A DNA stretch of 63,893 bases, filler included, from Licmophora abbreviata (GCA_900291995.1; 11 parts of 11 records of this genome joined end to end with filler, not necessarily neighbours in it), one strand, 5' to 3'. Counted from the whole stretch's first letter, positions 33,878 through 46,890 are shown. Notes: generated by a model not told the origin, from the letters alone. Program-made: numbers and translations.

Positions 33878-35990
33878 ATGAGTACCCCCGAAGAGATTTC
33901 GACGAAAATTACAGAGCTTGGCGAGAGCATCAAAGCTGCCAAGCAGGAAAACAAGCCCAAGACCGTCTGGGAGGGTGCCTTGAAGGAAATGTTGCATCTC
34001 AAGGTGCGATGCCATAATCGGAGTGATCGAAGATGTGATCGCTTTCTGTTTTCCGGATCTCACTCCTGTTTGTGATCTGTCTCGTACCATTTGCTCAGGA
34101 CGCCTTCAAGGAAATGACGGGAACTGACTTTGGCCCTTCCAGGCAGGAGAAGAAGGCCACGGGCCCGGCGGAGCAGGAAGCGAGCGAAAAGAACAAGGCC
34201 AAGAATGCAGAAAAGGCCCGCAAAAAAGCAGAAAAGGAAGCAAAGAAGGCAGCCAATCGCGCGGATCGAGAACGTCGGGAGAAAGAAAAGGCAGAGAAAC
34301 TTTCCGGCATTGGACAGGACAATTTTGGGGACATGAAGATGGTTCAGTCGGGCACTGTTACCGACAAGCTATGGACCAAGGTTGAGCACCTCAAGCCAGC
34401 CTTGGCAGGAAACACTGTGTTGGTGAGGGGACACTTGCAGACAACGCGAGCGGTCGGGAAGGGTGCCTTTGTTCTCGTGCGCTCGTCTTTGTATTCGGTG
34501 CAAGGAGTGTGTTTTGAGAACGGCAAAGACATTTCTTCGGCTATGATCAAGTACATCGCTGGTCTCCCCGCTGAGAGTGTTGTTGACATGCAGGGCACTG
34601 TCACCGTCCCCGACAACCCGATTGAGTCAGCGACGCAGAAAATGGTCGAGATTCAGATTACCTCATTTCACTGTGTCTGCAAGACGAAAATGCCGCTGCC
34701 GTTTCAGATGGAGGATGCTTGTCGTCCAGACTCGGGCAAGGAAACTGACGTGGGAGCGTACAATGAAGAGGAAGAAGAAGAACACGAGGACGGATTGGTT
34801 CGTGTCGGCCAAAAGATGAGACTCGACTATCGCTGGCTCGATTTGCGGACACCGGCGAATCAGTCGATATTCCGTGTTGAGTCCATGGTGGGGTGTCTCT
34901 TCCGCGAATGCCTCATGAAGAAGGATTTTGTGGAGATTCACACTCCCAAGATTATCGGAGGTGCCTCTGAAGGCGGATCGGAAGTCTTTACCTTGGACTA
35001 CTTTGGCGAGCCTGCGTGCTTGGCCATGAGTCCGCAGCTGCACAAGCAAATGACGGCGGCATGTTCCGGCTTTGAACGTGTCTTTGAGACTGGGCCCGTC
35101 TTTCGAGCGGAAAATTCGAATACGAGACGACATCTTTGTGAGTTTACTGGAATGGACCTAGAAATGACCATTGACGAGCACTATGACGAAGTCCTCGATG
35201 TGTTCAGCGACCTGTTCATCTACATTTTCGATGGAATCAATGAGCGATGCAAGAATGAACTGGAACGCGTCCGGGAGCAACACCCATTTGAGGATCTCAA
35301 GTATCTTCGACCGACGTTGAAGCTGACCTACGCCGAAGGCTGCGCACTGTTGCGGGAAGCCGGTGTCACGCAGGTAAGTTCATTGTTGTACACAGGGTTC
35401 TCGAGGTATGATCTTGGCACTCATTCGTAAGGGCACTGGATTGCTCGTTCTATGATTACAGGGTGACTACGACGACTTGAGCACAGAGAACGAAAAGAAG
35501 CTGGGGGGTATTGTCCGAGAAAAGTACGACACTGATTTCTTCTTCATGGATAAGTACCCGCTGGCTGTCCGTCCGTTCTACACGATGCCCGATCCTGAGG
35601 TAGGTTGGACAGTGACAACTCATGCATTCGCGACAAACGGTGCCATCACTCTCTAACACTGTTCGAATGCTGCTCTGAACGCATTAATATGTGCTTACAC
35701 CCCCATAGAACTCGAAACTGTCCAACAGCTACGATTTCTTCATTCGCGGTCAAGAAATTCTGTCGGGCGCTCAGCGTATCCACGATCCCGACCTTCTCAA
35801 GGAGCGCGCAAAGGCTTGGGACATTCCCCTTGAGGACATTGAGTCCTACGTCAACTCCTTCTGTCACGGTGCGCTGCCCCATGGCGGCGGTGGCATCGGA
35901 CTCGAACGTGTTGTCATGTTGTTCCTCGGTCTACCGAACATTCGTAAAGCAGCATGGTTTACGCGTGACCCGAAGCGCATTGCGCCGTAA
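33878..35990 (+). CDS. DARS: Cytosolic (eukaryotic-type) aspartyl-tRNA synthetase with N-terminal WHEP-like domain
   Basis: Exons 33878-34003, 34099-35373, 35462-35599, 35709-35990. [61 protein letters not shown]. Confidence 0.95.
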
Positions 35991-36046
35991 CTTGGGATGT
36001 GAGTGTGTAGACTCTGGCGCTGCCTTAGTAGAGATACCGAAAGAGT

Positions 36047-36765
36047 CTAGATTAGTGTTTGGTTATCTTCATTGGCGTCTGTAGTGTAGGGAAGAAATCT
36101 GTGATCGTCATCCGGAAAGGAAGCCTCCGTGGAAAGAATGGATTGCTTCCGCTCGGAGAAGTCATCATAGAGCTGACTCCGCTTTCCCGTTCTGAGTTTA
36201 GAGGTATGGTTGATTGTTGTCACATGCTGCTCCGTTCCGACGCTTTGTTGGCTATTGCCGTAGCTAGTTCGATGGTTGCCCTTGATTCCTTGACGCTTGC
36301 CCATCTTCATGCAGTATTGAAGGGGCATGGTTTTATCCTGGCGCACAGGACCTTTTCTCAAGCCAAGGCTTCGTTGAACAGCCGACCCAAAAGATTGTTT
36401 TCTCTCGCTGCGTTGGTTCTCTCCTTCTCTGCGGGTCGTGTGATTGATGATTGGGTTTGTACGAGAGAGAGACGCGCTGACGCAGTTTTCTCTTTCCAAC
36501 TTGATGTTTTGCGCCTCGCGATCCAAAAAGTGAGGCGTGCGAACAGCTGGAACCATCGGCGCTGCGTAGAAAACTGTCGTAGAAATCAACGTGAAGAGGT
36601 ATATTGGTCTGTCCCTCTGTCCACTGATGTTCTTTGGGAGTGACTTGGATTTCTGCCTTCCATTTTTCTCAAGTCGCATGGGAAAGACACAACATCTGAA
36701 AAGATACGCGTATCTTTCCATCATGGTGTACTTCAAAGCGGCTGCCGCCGCTCTCCTCACAGTGG
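36047..36765 (-). CDS. Possible 3' exon of a hypothetical protein truncated by the gap
   Basis: Long open frame preceded by a ctgac...ttgacag branch/acceptor-like sequence; no recognisable domain. Confidence 0.3.
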
Positions 36766-36826
36766 GGGCTGTCAAAGCGTAAGTCAGGTGTTTCTTTTTA
36801 TAGTTTGCAAGCACAGGGAGCACAAG

Positions 36827-36926
36827 NNNNNNNNNNNNNNNNNNNNNNNNNNNNNNNNNNNNNNNNNNNNTTAATTAATTAANNNNNNNNNNNNNNNNNN
36901 NNNNNNNNNNNNNNNNNNNNNNNNNN
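36827..36926. other. Artificial scaffold linker
   Basis: N44-TTAATTAATTAA-N44. Confidence 0.98.
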
Positions 36927-37191
36927 ACCGTGATTGGTCGGGTGCGTTCGCGTCGGTGTCGAAATTTTCATCCGGGTGCCGATCCATTGAAGTTGAAGTA
37001 TCGCGCGTAGAATTCAGTACAAAACCTACGTAGACGAAAAAGTGAAGGCTTTCTCGATTGTCTTTCGACGCGATGGGTCGGGGTGGAGACCTTCGATGCT
37101 GATTTTCGCGTCTTGGATAGCCGTTTGAACTGTAATCCTTTCACAAGTGTAATCCTCACCCCATCCATTGCCTAATTTTCTGCTTTTTCAG

Positions 37192-40100
37192 TTGGCAGAG
37201 CAATGTCCCTTCCTTTGTTTCGTCGAAGAACATGCAACATGCAACCGGGGCGCGAAGTGCGATACCCCTCCCCAAGCATACCGCGATCCAGTCTCGCTCT
37301 TCCTCTTCCCTGAACATGGTCGTCACTGACCCCACCTCATCAGGTCCCATGGGTGGCGGAGGCGGCATGTTTACTGCCACCAACGCCGAAAGTCGCCGCG
37401 TCGTCCCCGAGGATGTTCGCGGTCGTCCCGTCATGAAGGTCGTATACGTCGTTCTGGAAAGTCAATACCAGTCATCCGTGACGGCGGCCGTCAAGCGTAT
37501 CAATGCTGGATCCGAGAACATGGCCGTTGAGTGTGTTGGGTATCTCTTGGAGGAACTTCGTAACGACGATGCCTACGAGCAGTTCAAAAAGGACGTAGAA
37601 GAAGCCAACATCTTCATCGGATCGCTCATTTTCGTCCAGGAGCTCGCGGAGAAAGTCGTCGATGTCGTTCAGCCCGCTCGCGAAAACCTCGACGCTGTCC
37701 TCGTCTTCCCTTCCATGCCGGAAGTGATGCGAATGAACAAGGTTGGATCCTTCACCATGAAGAACTTGGGACAGTCTAAGAGTGTGATTGCTGACTTCAT
37801 GAAGAAGAAGAAGCAAGAGGACGGATCTTCCTTTGAGGAGGGTATGCTAAAGCTCTTGCGTACTCTTCCCAAGGTCCTCAAGTTCCTCCCAAGCGACAAG
37901 GCAAAGGATGCTCGCACATTCATGATGTCTTTTCAGTACTGGCTTGGTGGCTCCCCGGAGAACATCGAGTCGCTCCTCATGATGGTCGGACAAGACTACG
38001 TCGATCCCATCATTGAGAACATGAAAGGCAAGGAAAAGATGAAGGCTGAGGAGCCTGTGTTGCTTCCCGACAAAGCTATCTGGCACCCTGTCGCCCCCTC
38101 GATGGTCTTTGAGTCGAACGCGAAGTATTTCGACTGGTACAACAACGAGTTCTGTCCCGATGCCGGTATTGACCCCAAGACAGCGCCGACCATTGGCCTG
38201 ATTCTGCAAAAGTCTCACATCAATACGAAGGATGACACTCACTACGTCTCCCTGATTTCAGAGCTTGAAAGTCGCGGTGCTCGTGTTGTGTCGATTTACT
38301 CGGGCGGTCTTGATTTCTCTGGACCGGTGGAAGAGTACTTTTACGACCAGTCTGGAAAGTAAGTTACGCTTAGAGCTCTAGCCATATTCACGGGTGATCT
38401 GACATTCGAACGTTGAAGGATTTCGCACGAGCTTACGCCCGTTTCTCTCTCTCCTTACGAATTGACAGGCCTATTGTTGACACTGTCATCAACTTGACCG
38501 GTTTCGCCTTGGTCGGAGGACCGGCGTCTCAGGACCATGCCAAGGCTTCCCAGGTCCTGAAAAAGCTAAACCGTCCCTACATGTGCGCTGTCCCGCTCGT
38601 CTTCCAGTCTTTCGAGGAATGGCAGTCGTCGGAGCTCGGTCTTCATCCCATCCAGGTCGCCCTCCAAGTTTCTCTTCCGGAGATTGATGGCGCGATTGAG
38701 CCGATTATCTACGCTGGTCGCGAAGGAGCGACTGGACGCAGTGTCCCGCTTGCTGATCGTGTCAACCTGCTTGCCGATCGCGCGATGAAGTGGTCCAATC
38801 TTCGCTCCAAGCCCGTCGAAGACAAAAAGATTGCCATCACTATCTTCTCCTTCCCTCCGGACAAAGGAAACGTCGGAACCGCTGCATACCTGGACGTCTT
38901 TGACTCCATCAAGGCTGTCTTGCAGCAGTTGAAGGGCGAGGGTTACGACATTGGTGATGCCCCGTTGGACAAGGAGGCCATTATGGAGTCAATTCTCAAC
39001 GATCCGGAGGCCAAGATTTCGTCGCCGGAGCTCAACGTTGCTTACCGCATGCCTACCGATGAGTACTACGAGCTGACACCGTATGCCCATGAGCTCGAAG
39101 AGAACTGGGGACCTGCCCCTGGCAACCTTAACTCTGACGGACAGAATCTTGTTGTGTATGGCAAGCAGTTCGGAAATGTTTTCATCGGTGTTCAGCCGTC
39201 GTTCGGATACGAAGGAGATCCCATGCGACTTCTTTTTGCCAAGTCCGCAAGCCCTCACCATGGTTTCGCAGCCTACTATACGTATCTCGAGAAAATTTTT
39301 AAGGCGGACGCCGTGCTGCACTTTGGAACCCACGGCAGTTTGGAGTTCATGCCTGGAAAGCAAGTGGGTATGTCGGGAACTTGTTACCCTGACCGCTTGA
39401 TCAACTCGCTGCCATCGGCTTACTTGTACGCAGCAAACAACCCATCGGAAGCCACGATTGCTAAGCGCCGCTCGTACTCGGCTACAGTTTCTTACTTGAC
39501 GCCGCCAGCGGAGAATGCGGGACTTTACAAGGGATTGAAGGAGCTGAAAGAGCTGATCTCGTCGTATCAAGGATTGCGAGAGAATGAGGGTCGTGGTCCA
39601 GCCATCGTCAACTCTATCGTCTCGACCGCCTGGACGTGCAACCTTGACAAGGACATCGCTGATCTTCCTGATCTTGAGGGATACGACGCCAAAGAGGACA
39701 CGCCCGAACGCCGCGACGAGATTGTTGGAAAGGTCTATTCTCAAATCATGCAGATTGAGAGCCGATTACTTCCTTGTGGTCTCCACACTGTCGGAGTTCC
39801 TCCCACGGCGGAAGAATCGGTTGCTACACTGGTTAACATTGCACAGCTTGATCGCCCAGAAGACGACATTGACGGTCTTCCCCGCGTTATTGCTGCATCC
39901 ATTGGGCGTGATATCAATGATATTTACCGGGGAAATAATGCTGGTATTCTTGAAGATGTTGAACTCAACGACAAGATTGTCGAAGCGTCGCGGGCGGCCG
40001 TTCATGCGTTGGTGGACCAGTCTACCGACTCGCAGGGTCGTGTCCAGGAAGTTAAGTCTGCCTTTGATGACCTTGGAAACTTCTTTGCCGGAGCAATGGG

Positions 40101-41236
40101 ACAGAAGAAGCCTTGGATCAAGGCTATCGCGAATGCTGGCTTCCCCAAGGTAGACGAAGCCCGGCTCGATCCTCTTGTCAAGTACCTGGAGTTCTGCCTG
40201 AAACAAGTCGTCGCAAATAATGAGCTTGGCGGTATCATGGAACTCCTCAACGGAGAATTCTTGATGCCAGCGCCTGGTGGAGACCCGATTCGAAACCCTG
40301 ATGTGCTACCCACCGGACGTAACATGCACGCCCTGGACCCCTCTGCGATTCCCACAGCAGCCGCTGTCGAAGTCGCGCAAGACGTCTCCCGTAAGCTACT
40401 TGAAAAACTTGCTGAAGAGAACGGTGGACAGTTTCCCGAAAGTATCGCATTTACGCTCTGGGGTACTGACAACATCAAGACGTACGGCGAGTCGCTTGCC
40501 CAGGTTCTTGCCCTCGTTGGAGTGCGTCCTGTCCCCGACTCTCTTGGGCGTGTCAATAAGGTCGAGCTGATCACTCTGGAAGAACTTGGCCGCCCCCGTA
40601 TCGACGTTGTTGTCTCGTGCTCTGGAGTGTTCCGTGATCTCTTCATCAACCAGATGAACTTGATGGATCGTGGCATCAAGATGGCCGCCGAAGCTGATGA
40701 GCCGCTCGAAATGAACTTTGTGCGGAAGCACGCATTGGAGCAGGCTGAGGAACTCGGCGTGACGCTTCGTGAAGCGTCGTGCCGTGTCTTTTCAAACTCT
40801 GCTGGATCCTACAGTGCAAACGTTGGACTTGCTATCGAGAATGGTGGATGGGAGGACGAAAGTCAGCTCCAGGAACAGTTCTTGACTCGAAAGGGCTTTG
40901 CCTTTAACGCTGACAAGCCCGGCATGATGGAGCAGCAGGCTGATCTCTTCAAGACGGCCTTGAAGACTGTCGATGCGACTTTTCCAGAACCTTGACTCTT
41001 CCGAGATCTCTATCACCGACGTGTCGCACTACTACGACTCTGACCCAACCAAGGTTGTTCAAGGTCTCCGTGACGACAAGAAGAAACCCATGTCTCTTAT
41101 GGCCGACACCACTACTGCCAACGCGCAGGTACGCACTCTGTCCGAGACTGTTCGACTGGATGCACGAACCAAGCTTTTGAACCCCAAGTTCTATGAAGGA
41201 ATGCTGTCTACCGGATACGAAGGTGTGCGAGAGATT

Positions 41237-41268
<32 letters not shown>

Positions 41269-41500
41269 GGCAACGGCCGGTGAGGTCGATAACTTTGTCT
41301 TTGAAGATGCGAACAGTGTCTTTATCGACGACCCAGAGATGCAACAGCGCTTGCTTGACACGAACCCGAACGCATTCCGTGACATGGTTACCACGTTCCT
41401 GGAAGCCAACGGCAGAGGCTACTGGGAAACGTCTGAGGAGAACATCGAGCGACTCCAGGAGTTGTACGCGGAGGTCGAGGATAGAATCGAGGGCGTATGA
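37192..41500 (+). CDS. CHLH: Magnesium chelatase subunit H, plastid-targeted (signal-peptide exon missing; frameshift ~40980)
   Basis: Exons 37192-38358, 38469-41500. [75 protein letters not shown]. An extra T in the T4 run at 40980-40983 breaks ATFQNLDS. Confidence 0.96.
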
Positions 41501-41975
41501 AGGGAAGTGTTACGAGTTCGCTAGCAGTAGTCTTCCTCAAATTTTCTAGAAAGCAGCTGCATGTTTACAATCCTGTTCCACGATACGGGTATTCATTGTT
41601 TCTCGATCGTTAGCGTAGTCTGTTTACCAGAATTGGAATCCGTCTTCCAAAGCACTGTTTAATAACTCTCTCTGTACAGGCACTCTCTATCATGTCACTT
41701 GACGGCACGAAAGAGAGTTCAAATTGAAAATCGGCGGGAGCCCTTGCTTCCAGCTTCTTATCTCAAGTCTTCAGCCACGATGATGTAATAAATCCAAGTC
41801 TAATTTTCTCGCATTTAGGTCCGTCATCACTCCCCAGCGCTTGGTAGGTATGATACAGAAGGACAGAATGATTCTCTTGTCTAGAAGAACGCTAGACAAT
41901 ATGAAAATTTGGAGGGAACAAAGCATCAGTCAAAACACAACTCTTTACGATGACAGTCACGGGAGGTGCGCCACG

Positions 41976-42704
41976 ATGCCACTCTCCGTGAAAGGATCGA
42001 TGAAGCGCTCTTTCAAGCGGACCAAAGGCCAGATGTCGCCCTTGGATGGCGGAGTCGTCATCAACGCGGCATCGGTTTCAAAAAATACCAGGTTTCAGTG
42101 GTAAAGCAATTGCACCAGTTTGGGAACTCCGCTTACTATCTGGCAAAAGAAGACACACCTGTTGTGACTCCAAAGAAACAAAAAGGGAAATATGTGAGGG
42201 ATTTTTTTATCAAGACAGTGGAAGCTGAGACGAGGGAACAGTCAAAGAGGGCACAGGCGGAAGCAAAGGCGCTGAAGCGACTATCGAATCATCCGAACAT
42301 TCTGCGCTTGCTGGATAGCGGGGTTTCCTCTTTCAGCGGCGCTGTGAACGATAGTATACCGAGAGAGATTTTCTGTGGTGGCGAGAAGATATATCGTCCG
42401 AAGTTGTACTGCTTTCTGTTTGATTATCACTCAAGTCAACGCTCAAAGAATTTGTAGAAAGTCGGCAGCAGGGCAGAGTCAAAACCCGAAGGCGAAGGAG
42501 CATATTTGGAAGTTCACGTGTTCCTCAGGGCGAGTCTTCACCGGAATTCGTAGATATTTCGGTGATTCTAGAAGTCTTTCGGCAAATGGTGGACGTCGTT
42601 ATGTTTCTGCATCAGTCAGAAGTTCGATCTTCCAAGTCAGAATCACAGGAGCACGCGTCGTCCGATGATTCTCACGATCCCCCGGGAATCATTCATATGA
42701 ATTT
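41976..42704 (+). CDS. NAK-like protein kinase domain, N-terminal part (two 1-nt frameshifts; HRD replaced by HMN)
   Basis: VVKQL..YYLA, FFIK, EAKALKRLSNHPNILRLLD, TLKEFV, ILEVFRQMVDVVMFLH..PPGIIHMN. Frameshifts at the A6 run 42080-42085 and near 42438. Confidence 0.65.
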
Positions 42705-42804
42705 NNNNNNNNNNNNNNNNNNNNNNNNNNNNNNNNNNNNNNNNNNNNTTAATTAATTAANNNNNNNNNNNNNNNNNNNNNNNNNNNNNNNNNNNNNNNN
42801 NNNN
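42705..42804. other. Artificial scaffold linker
   Basis: N44-TTAATTAATTAA-N44; interrupts the kinase-like gene. Confidence 0.98.
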
Positions 42805-45386
42805 GATCATTGGGAAACGACAGACATAGATGCTGGAGACGACGATGAACGCCACTTTGCAGATAGCAAGTTACAGGAGGCCATGTTATGCAGCCAACAC
42901 GCGATTCTGAACTCGATTGCAGGCGACTCTGATTCGTCTGTCAAGGTTTACGCTGCATCAGAAGACACAACTTCAGGCAGCGAGGTAAGGCACAAGTTCG
43001 TAATTTTTACTTTCATATGCTGGCTACCTGCCTCACGCAGTCTTCTTTTATTTTGCAGAGCGATTCGGCTTTCGTCGTCCCACGTGGACATGGGAAATTT
43101 CCTTTAGTCGCCGGCACCTCGGATTCCACGAATATCCGCGCGAGCAGCCCTCTTGATTTGAATCAGAACAGTAGCCACTCTTCTTCGTCGGTAGGTTATT
43201 CTTCACGCTGTTTTGGCCACTGCTATCCGTGTTTTGAAGAGGATTCTGACCCTTCTGCTTTGCGCTTACCTCTTACGAACGAACGTTAGTGGCTTGAATT
43301 CGACCCCGAGTATAGAGACGACCACAACAACTTGACGCAGCGGACTGGGCCGCTTGTCGTCTCTACACCGAAAGAATCGCGGAGGTCGCCAGACAAAATG
43401 AAGGACGACTCTGGCAAACAAATCTTGGCTTCACAAGAGACTACCGCTTGTGGCAGTTTCGCTGATAGTTCTCCAGCTCTATCCAGTATGCAGGGCTCCG
43501 CTAGTAACGATGTTGCCGAGGCGGCTGAGCTCGTACAGCCTAGAGAATACTCTGGCCCATTTGTGACGGATGGCGTTGGCTGTAGTGGTGAAGAGGCACC
43601 ACAGCCGGATGTCCGTTGCTTCATAGATGGCCCTGTATCGCCGTCCGGTATGCATGGCTCCGCTGGTGACGATTTTGCCGATGAGGCTGTACTTGGACCG
43701 TCAGAGGATTACCCTGGCCCATTTGTGACGGATGGCCTAGTGGGCATGGCTTTCACTAGCTTTGGCGGAAGCAGTGAAGAGACATCGCAGCCGGATGCTT
43801 CTACGTACAGGGATAGTTGTCCACCTCCGTCCGACAACCATTGTATAGGTGGTATCGATGGTGCCAGTGCGCCAGAACTCAAGCATAGCATGTCGAAGAA
43901 TGCGACAGTGGTTCCAAAGGATTTCTCCGTTCCATTTGTAGCGTGCGATCTCGCGGGAACATCCTTTGACATCCATGGTGAGAACAATGACGAGGCGCTG
44001 GCACCGAATGATCGTCCCTGCTCGGACGGTCCTCCACCGCAGCGGTCCGACAAGCATTCCATCCTCGCGGAGGGCGATGACGTTGCCTATGTACCAGATG
44101 ACCATAGGATGTCTTCAAAGGATCAGCCTGGTCCTGTTTTGACAGAGGCCTTCGTGGGAGCAGCGTTCTCGAGTCCTTATGGAATCAGCGAGGAGGCCCC
44201 AGCGCAGCGCACCACATCAATCGCGGTGGAACCGATTACCGATACCAAAGCACCGCCAGAGGTTGGGCCGGCTCCTGGGACGAACGACTTTTTAAGACTT
44301 CTTACAGAAATAGCAGGCGAACCTACGATCGACGAGACACACATTCATAGCAACCGAAAGGAAAACTGGTCAGATGACGGGGGCGTTGCGAAGCGATCAC
44401 CCTCTCTGAGCGGCGCTCCACTCCCCCTGCCTCAGGGGCAAGACGCGGGGACACAGATAATCTCCCCAGTCGCCCCAGAGACGCTGGAAGAATCTGGCAG
44501 AGTGACCTCGCCGACCGAATGGTCCTATTATAGCGTCGCAAACACCACGCGGTCACCCTCCCCAGGGATGGAATTGAACGATAGCACGAGTCGTGAGACG
44601 GCTCATTCGTCCCCCAACGAGCGCAGGCTATCGACTGTTGCTCGAAAACAGGCACCGAGTGCCACTCCTGAACCTAGTGATTTCGACGAAGGCGTCGCCG
44701 GAACGTCGCACAAGGAATGGGCCAACAGCTTGTTCGGTAGCGATTCCGAGGGACCATGGGAACTTATCGATGGAATGTGCACGACACTGTTTGACAGTGA
44801 TTCGATTGACTTGACGCGAGATGGCAGCACGAGGCGTTTGCAACTGGCAGCTTCCCCCGATGTCGAGAAACAGCAACAGAACTCGTTTCACAGTACAGCA
44901 TCTCCAAGTCAGAGTATAACGCCACGCACGTCCAATTGCAGTGTCAAGCCGATTGAGCTGCAGACTCCGCAGGCGGTGTTTATTCCGAGACTGACGCCAA
45001 GCGCTGCGTATCCAGCGTTACAGGAGCAAGCTCCCCCTCCGACTCTACGTGGCAGAGATCGAACGCCCGGACACGAGAAAAAGAAGAAGAAAAAGAAAAA
45101 GAAGAGCTGGACAGAGGGCAGTTTGAAGCGCGACATGCGCAAGTTCGACCCAGATGCCCGGCAGCCATCGTCACATCCGTGGGCACCCCGAGCCTTTTCT
45201 CCATCGACGAGCAGTGCAAGTCGCAGGAGAGTCAAGGTGCAGGAGGCGACAGGCGCCAGTAGCAGGAGAGCCCAGATGGGCCCATCGCCACCTCGCTCGC
45301 AACCAAGAACTTCGCGAGGTGAAGACCACTCGCCGACACCGCCACCGCCACCGCCCTCTGGGATGTGGGACAGTCTACGTTTCTAA
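42805..45386 (+). CDS. Long disordered Ser/Pro/acidic protein region with internal repeats and poly-Lys; probably the tail of the upstream kinase-like gene
   Basis: Exons 42805-42984, 43059-43190, 43290-45386 splice in frame through GT-AG introns; same strand as the kinase fragment. Confidence 0.65.
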
Positions 45387-45489
45387 GATATGGGCTACTA
45401 CAGTATCCTACTCCCTGCTCATCTACGGGGTAACTTTTCATTTATGTACGAGCAGGAGGAGAGTAGCGAATGGGAACTTTTATTGCATT

Positions 45490-46554
45490 TTATAGTATAT
45501 GTGGAATTACTGCATATCTCTGAAGTAGAGGATAGTCCTGGGGGAACCTTTGCATATACCACCTGTGAGACTGCACGGCCGACACGGACAGATTCGTCGT
45601 CACCCAGAGAAGTAAGGCCAAACAACGATATCGTTGCAGCGATAGGAGCAGTGTTCTCAGATGGTAGATCCTTGACGCCGTTCTAGTAGTATCCGTGCGC
45701 AAGAATTCACATGGACACAGCAGTATCACAAAGCCAACATAGACTAGCATCTCGGCCAGGTAGTGCGGACAGCTCACGTACCAAAACCATCCACCGAAAG
45801 GAAGGGAGTAGCGGCGGCTTGTCGTCGTGGTTGCGGTACTACTAGTTGTAGAAGTAGAAGTAGTTGTAGTAGTATCCCGCAATTTGGCTAGTATTGCATG
45901 ATGCCGATACTGCTGATACTGGCCCCCCACGCAAATCGAGGTCCCCAAGAATAGCTGGAGTAGTTCTGGAAAAGACAATGCTGAGAGAGCTCCTTCGACC
46001 GCGAACGAATCTACGCCGGTCGTTTGGAAGACATCCTCATGACACAGATCGACAAACACCAGTGGGAGAACGAGGTAGTGAAGTATACCAAGAAGGTAGC
46101 CCGCTACATGCATTCGACTCATACAATGCCAGGAATGAACGTATCGACATTCAAACCAGCGACGAAGTAGGTGTAACAGTAGCAATGACAAGGCCGCGAC
46201 ATGAAGCGGGGTTCGACTGGTAGACGTAGCAGTAGATACTGTCGTGTCCCTACTATGATAATTCGCTTGATAGAGGACACACGCCCACGTCGACACGAGT
46301 CCAACTGTATAAAAGTGTGAAAAGTAAGATTTCGGGACAACCCAGGATGCCTGCATCAGAACAAGCGGTGCCGACCGCTTGTTGTTGACGGTGCTGATGC
46401 TTCCGCTCGTCGTCCCATCGTCCCGCCGTGTCTTGCCGTGAGACGCCAAATCGCGCAAAAATGGGATTGTCTGGGAGGCCACGGCCGTGAGGCTCAGTAT
46501 CGCATAGAGTGGAGTCAAGAAGGCGCACAACGGACACAGCAAAGAGGAGACCAT
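45490..46554 (-). CDS. SRD5A3: Polyprenol reductase (SRD5A3/DFG10; steroid 5-alpha reductase family)
   Basis: HGKT, VPKSYFSHFY, RRWFEC, SRMHVAGYLLGILHY, QYRHHAILAKLR, PFGGWFWYVSCPHYLAE. Confidence 0.9.
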   Translation of the reverse strand: MVSSLLCPLCAFLTPLYAILSLTAVASQTIPFLRDLASHGKTRRDDGTTSGSISTVNNKRSAPLVLMQASWVVPKSYFSHFYTVGLVSTWACVLYQANYHSRDTTVSTATSTSRTPLHVAALSLLLLHLLRRWFECRYVHSWHCMSRMHVAGYLLGILHYLVLPLVFVDLCHEDVFQTTGVDSFAVEGALSALSFPELLQLFLGTSICVGGQYQQYRHHAILAKLRDTTTTTSTSTTSSTATTTTSRRYSLPFGGWFWYVSCPHYLAEMLVYVGFVILLCPCEFLRTDTTRTASRIYHLRTLLLSLQRYRCLALLLWVTTNLSVSAVQSHRWYMQRFPQDYPLLQRYAVIPHIL

Positions 46555-46890
46555 GATGGTTCATGATGAGAAACGCCATCATCGCATCTTCGTCGCCCTA
46601 TCAAAAAGAAACTTCTGAGTTTCCAGCTGACGACGGCCGGACGCCTTCCTTCCTTTGGATCGCGCGAAAAGCGATTCATTCGAATCAAATCATTCAAGAT
46701 CGCGGATACCATAGTCGAGGTCCGCGCTCTCAAAAACAACACTAACTTCACTGCTTGGAGGGATCTTCCGATCGATACGTGGGTGCTAGGATGACGAGGT
46801 TCACAATGGCGGTCGGAAGTTAAGAAGAACCTCACGTTTCTCATCGTCCCTGTCGCTGTTACACTGCAAGAACACGAGTCACACTCAAGA

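Noticed and set aside
40970..40995. Programmed ribosomal frameshift or split chlH
   Set aside because: A single extra T in a T-run, with similar errors throughout the window; no slippery heptamer with downstream structure evident.
15178..46554. Triterpene/isoprenoid biosynthetic gene cluster (CAS, MCO, GT8, polyprenol reductase)
   Set aside because: No P450s or acyltransferases; the genes are interspersed with housekeeping genes, and CAS has primary-sterol residues.
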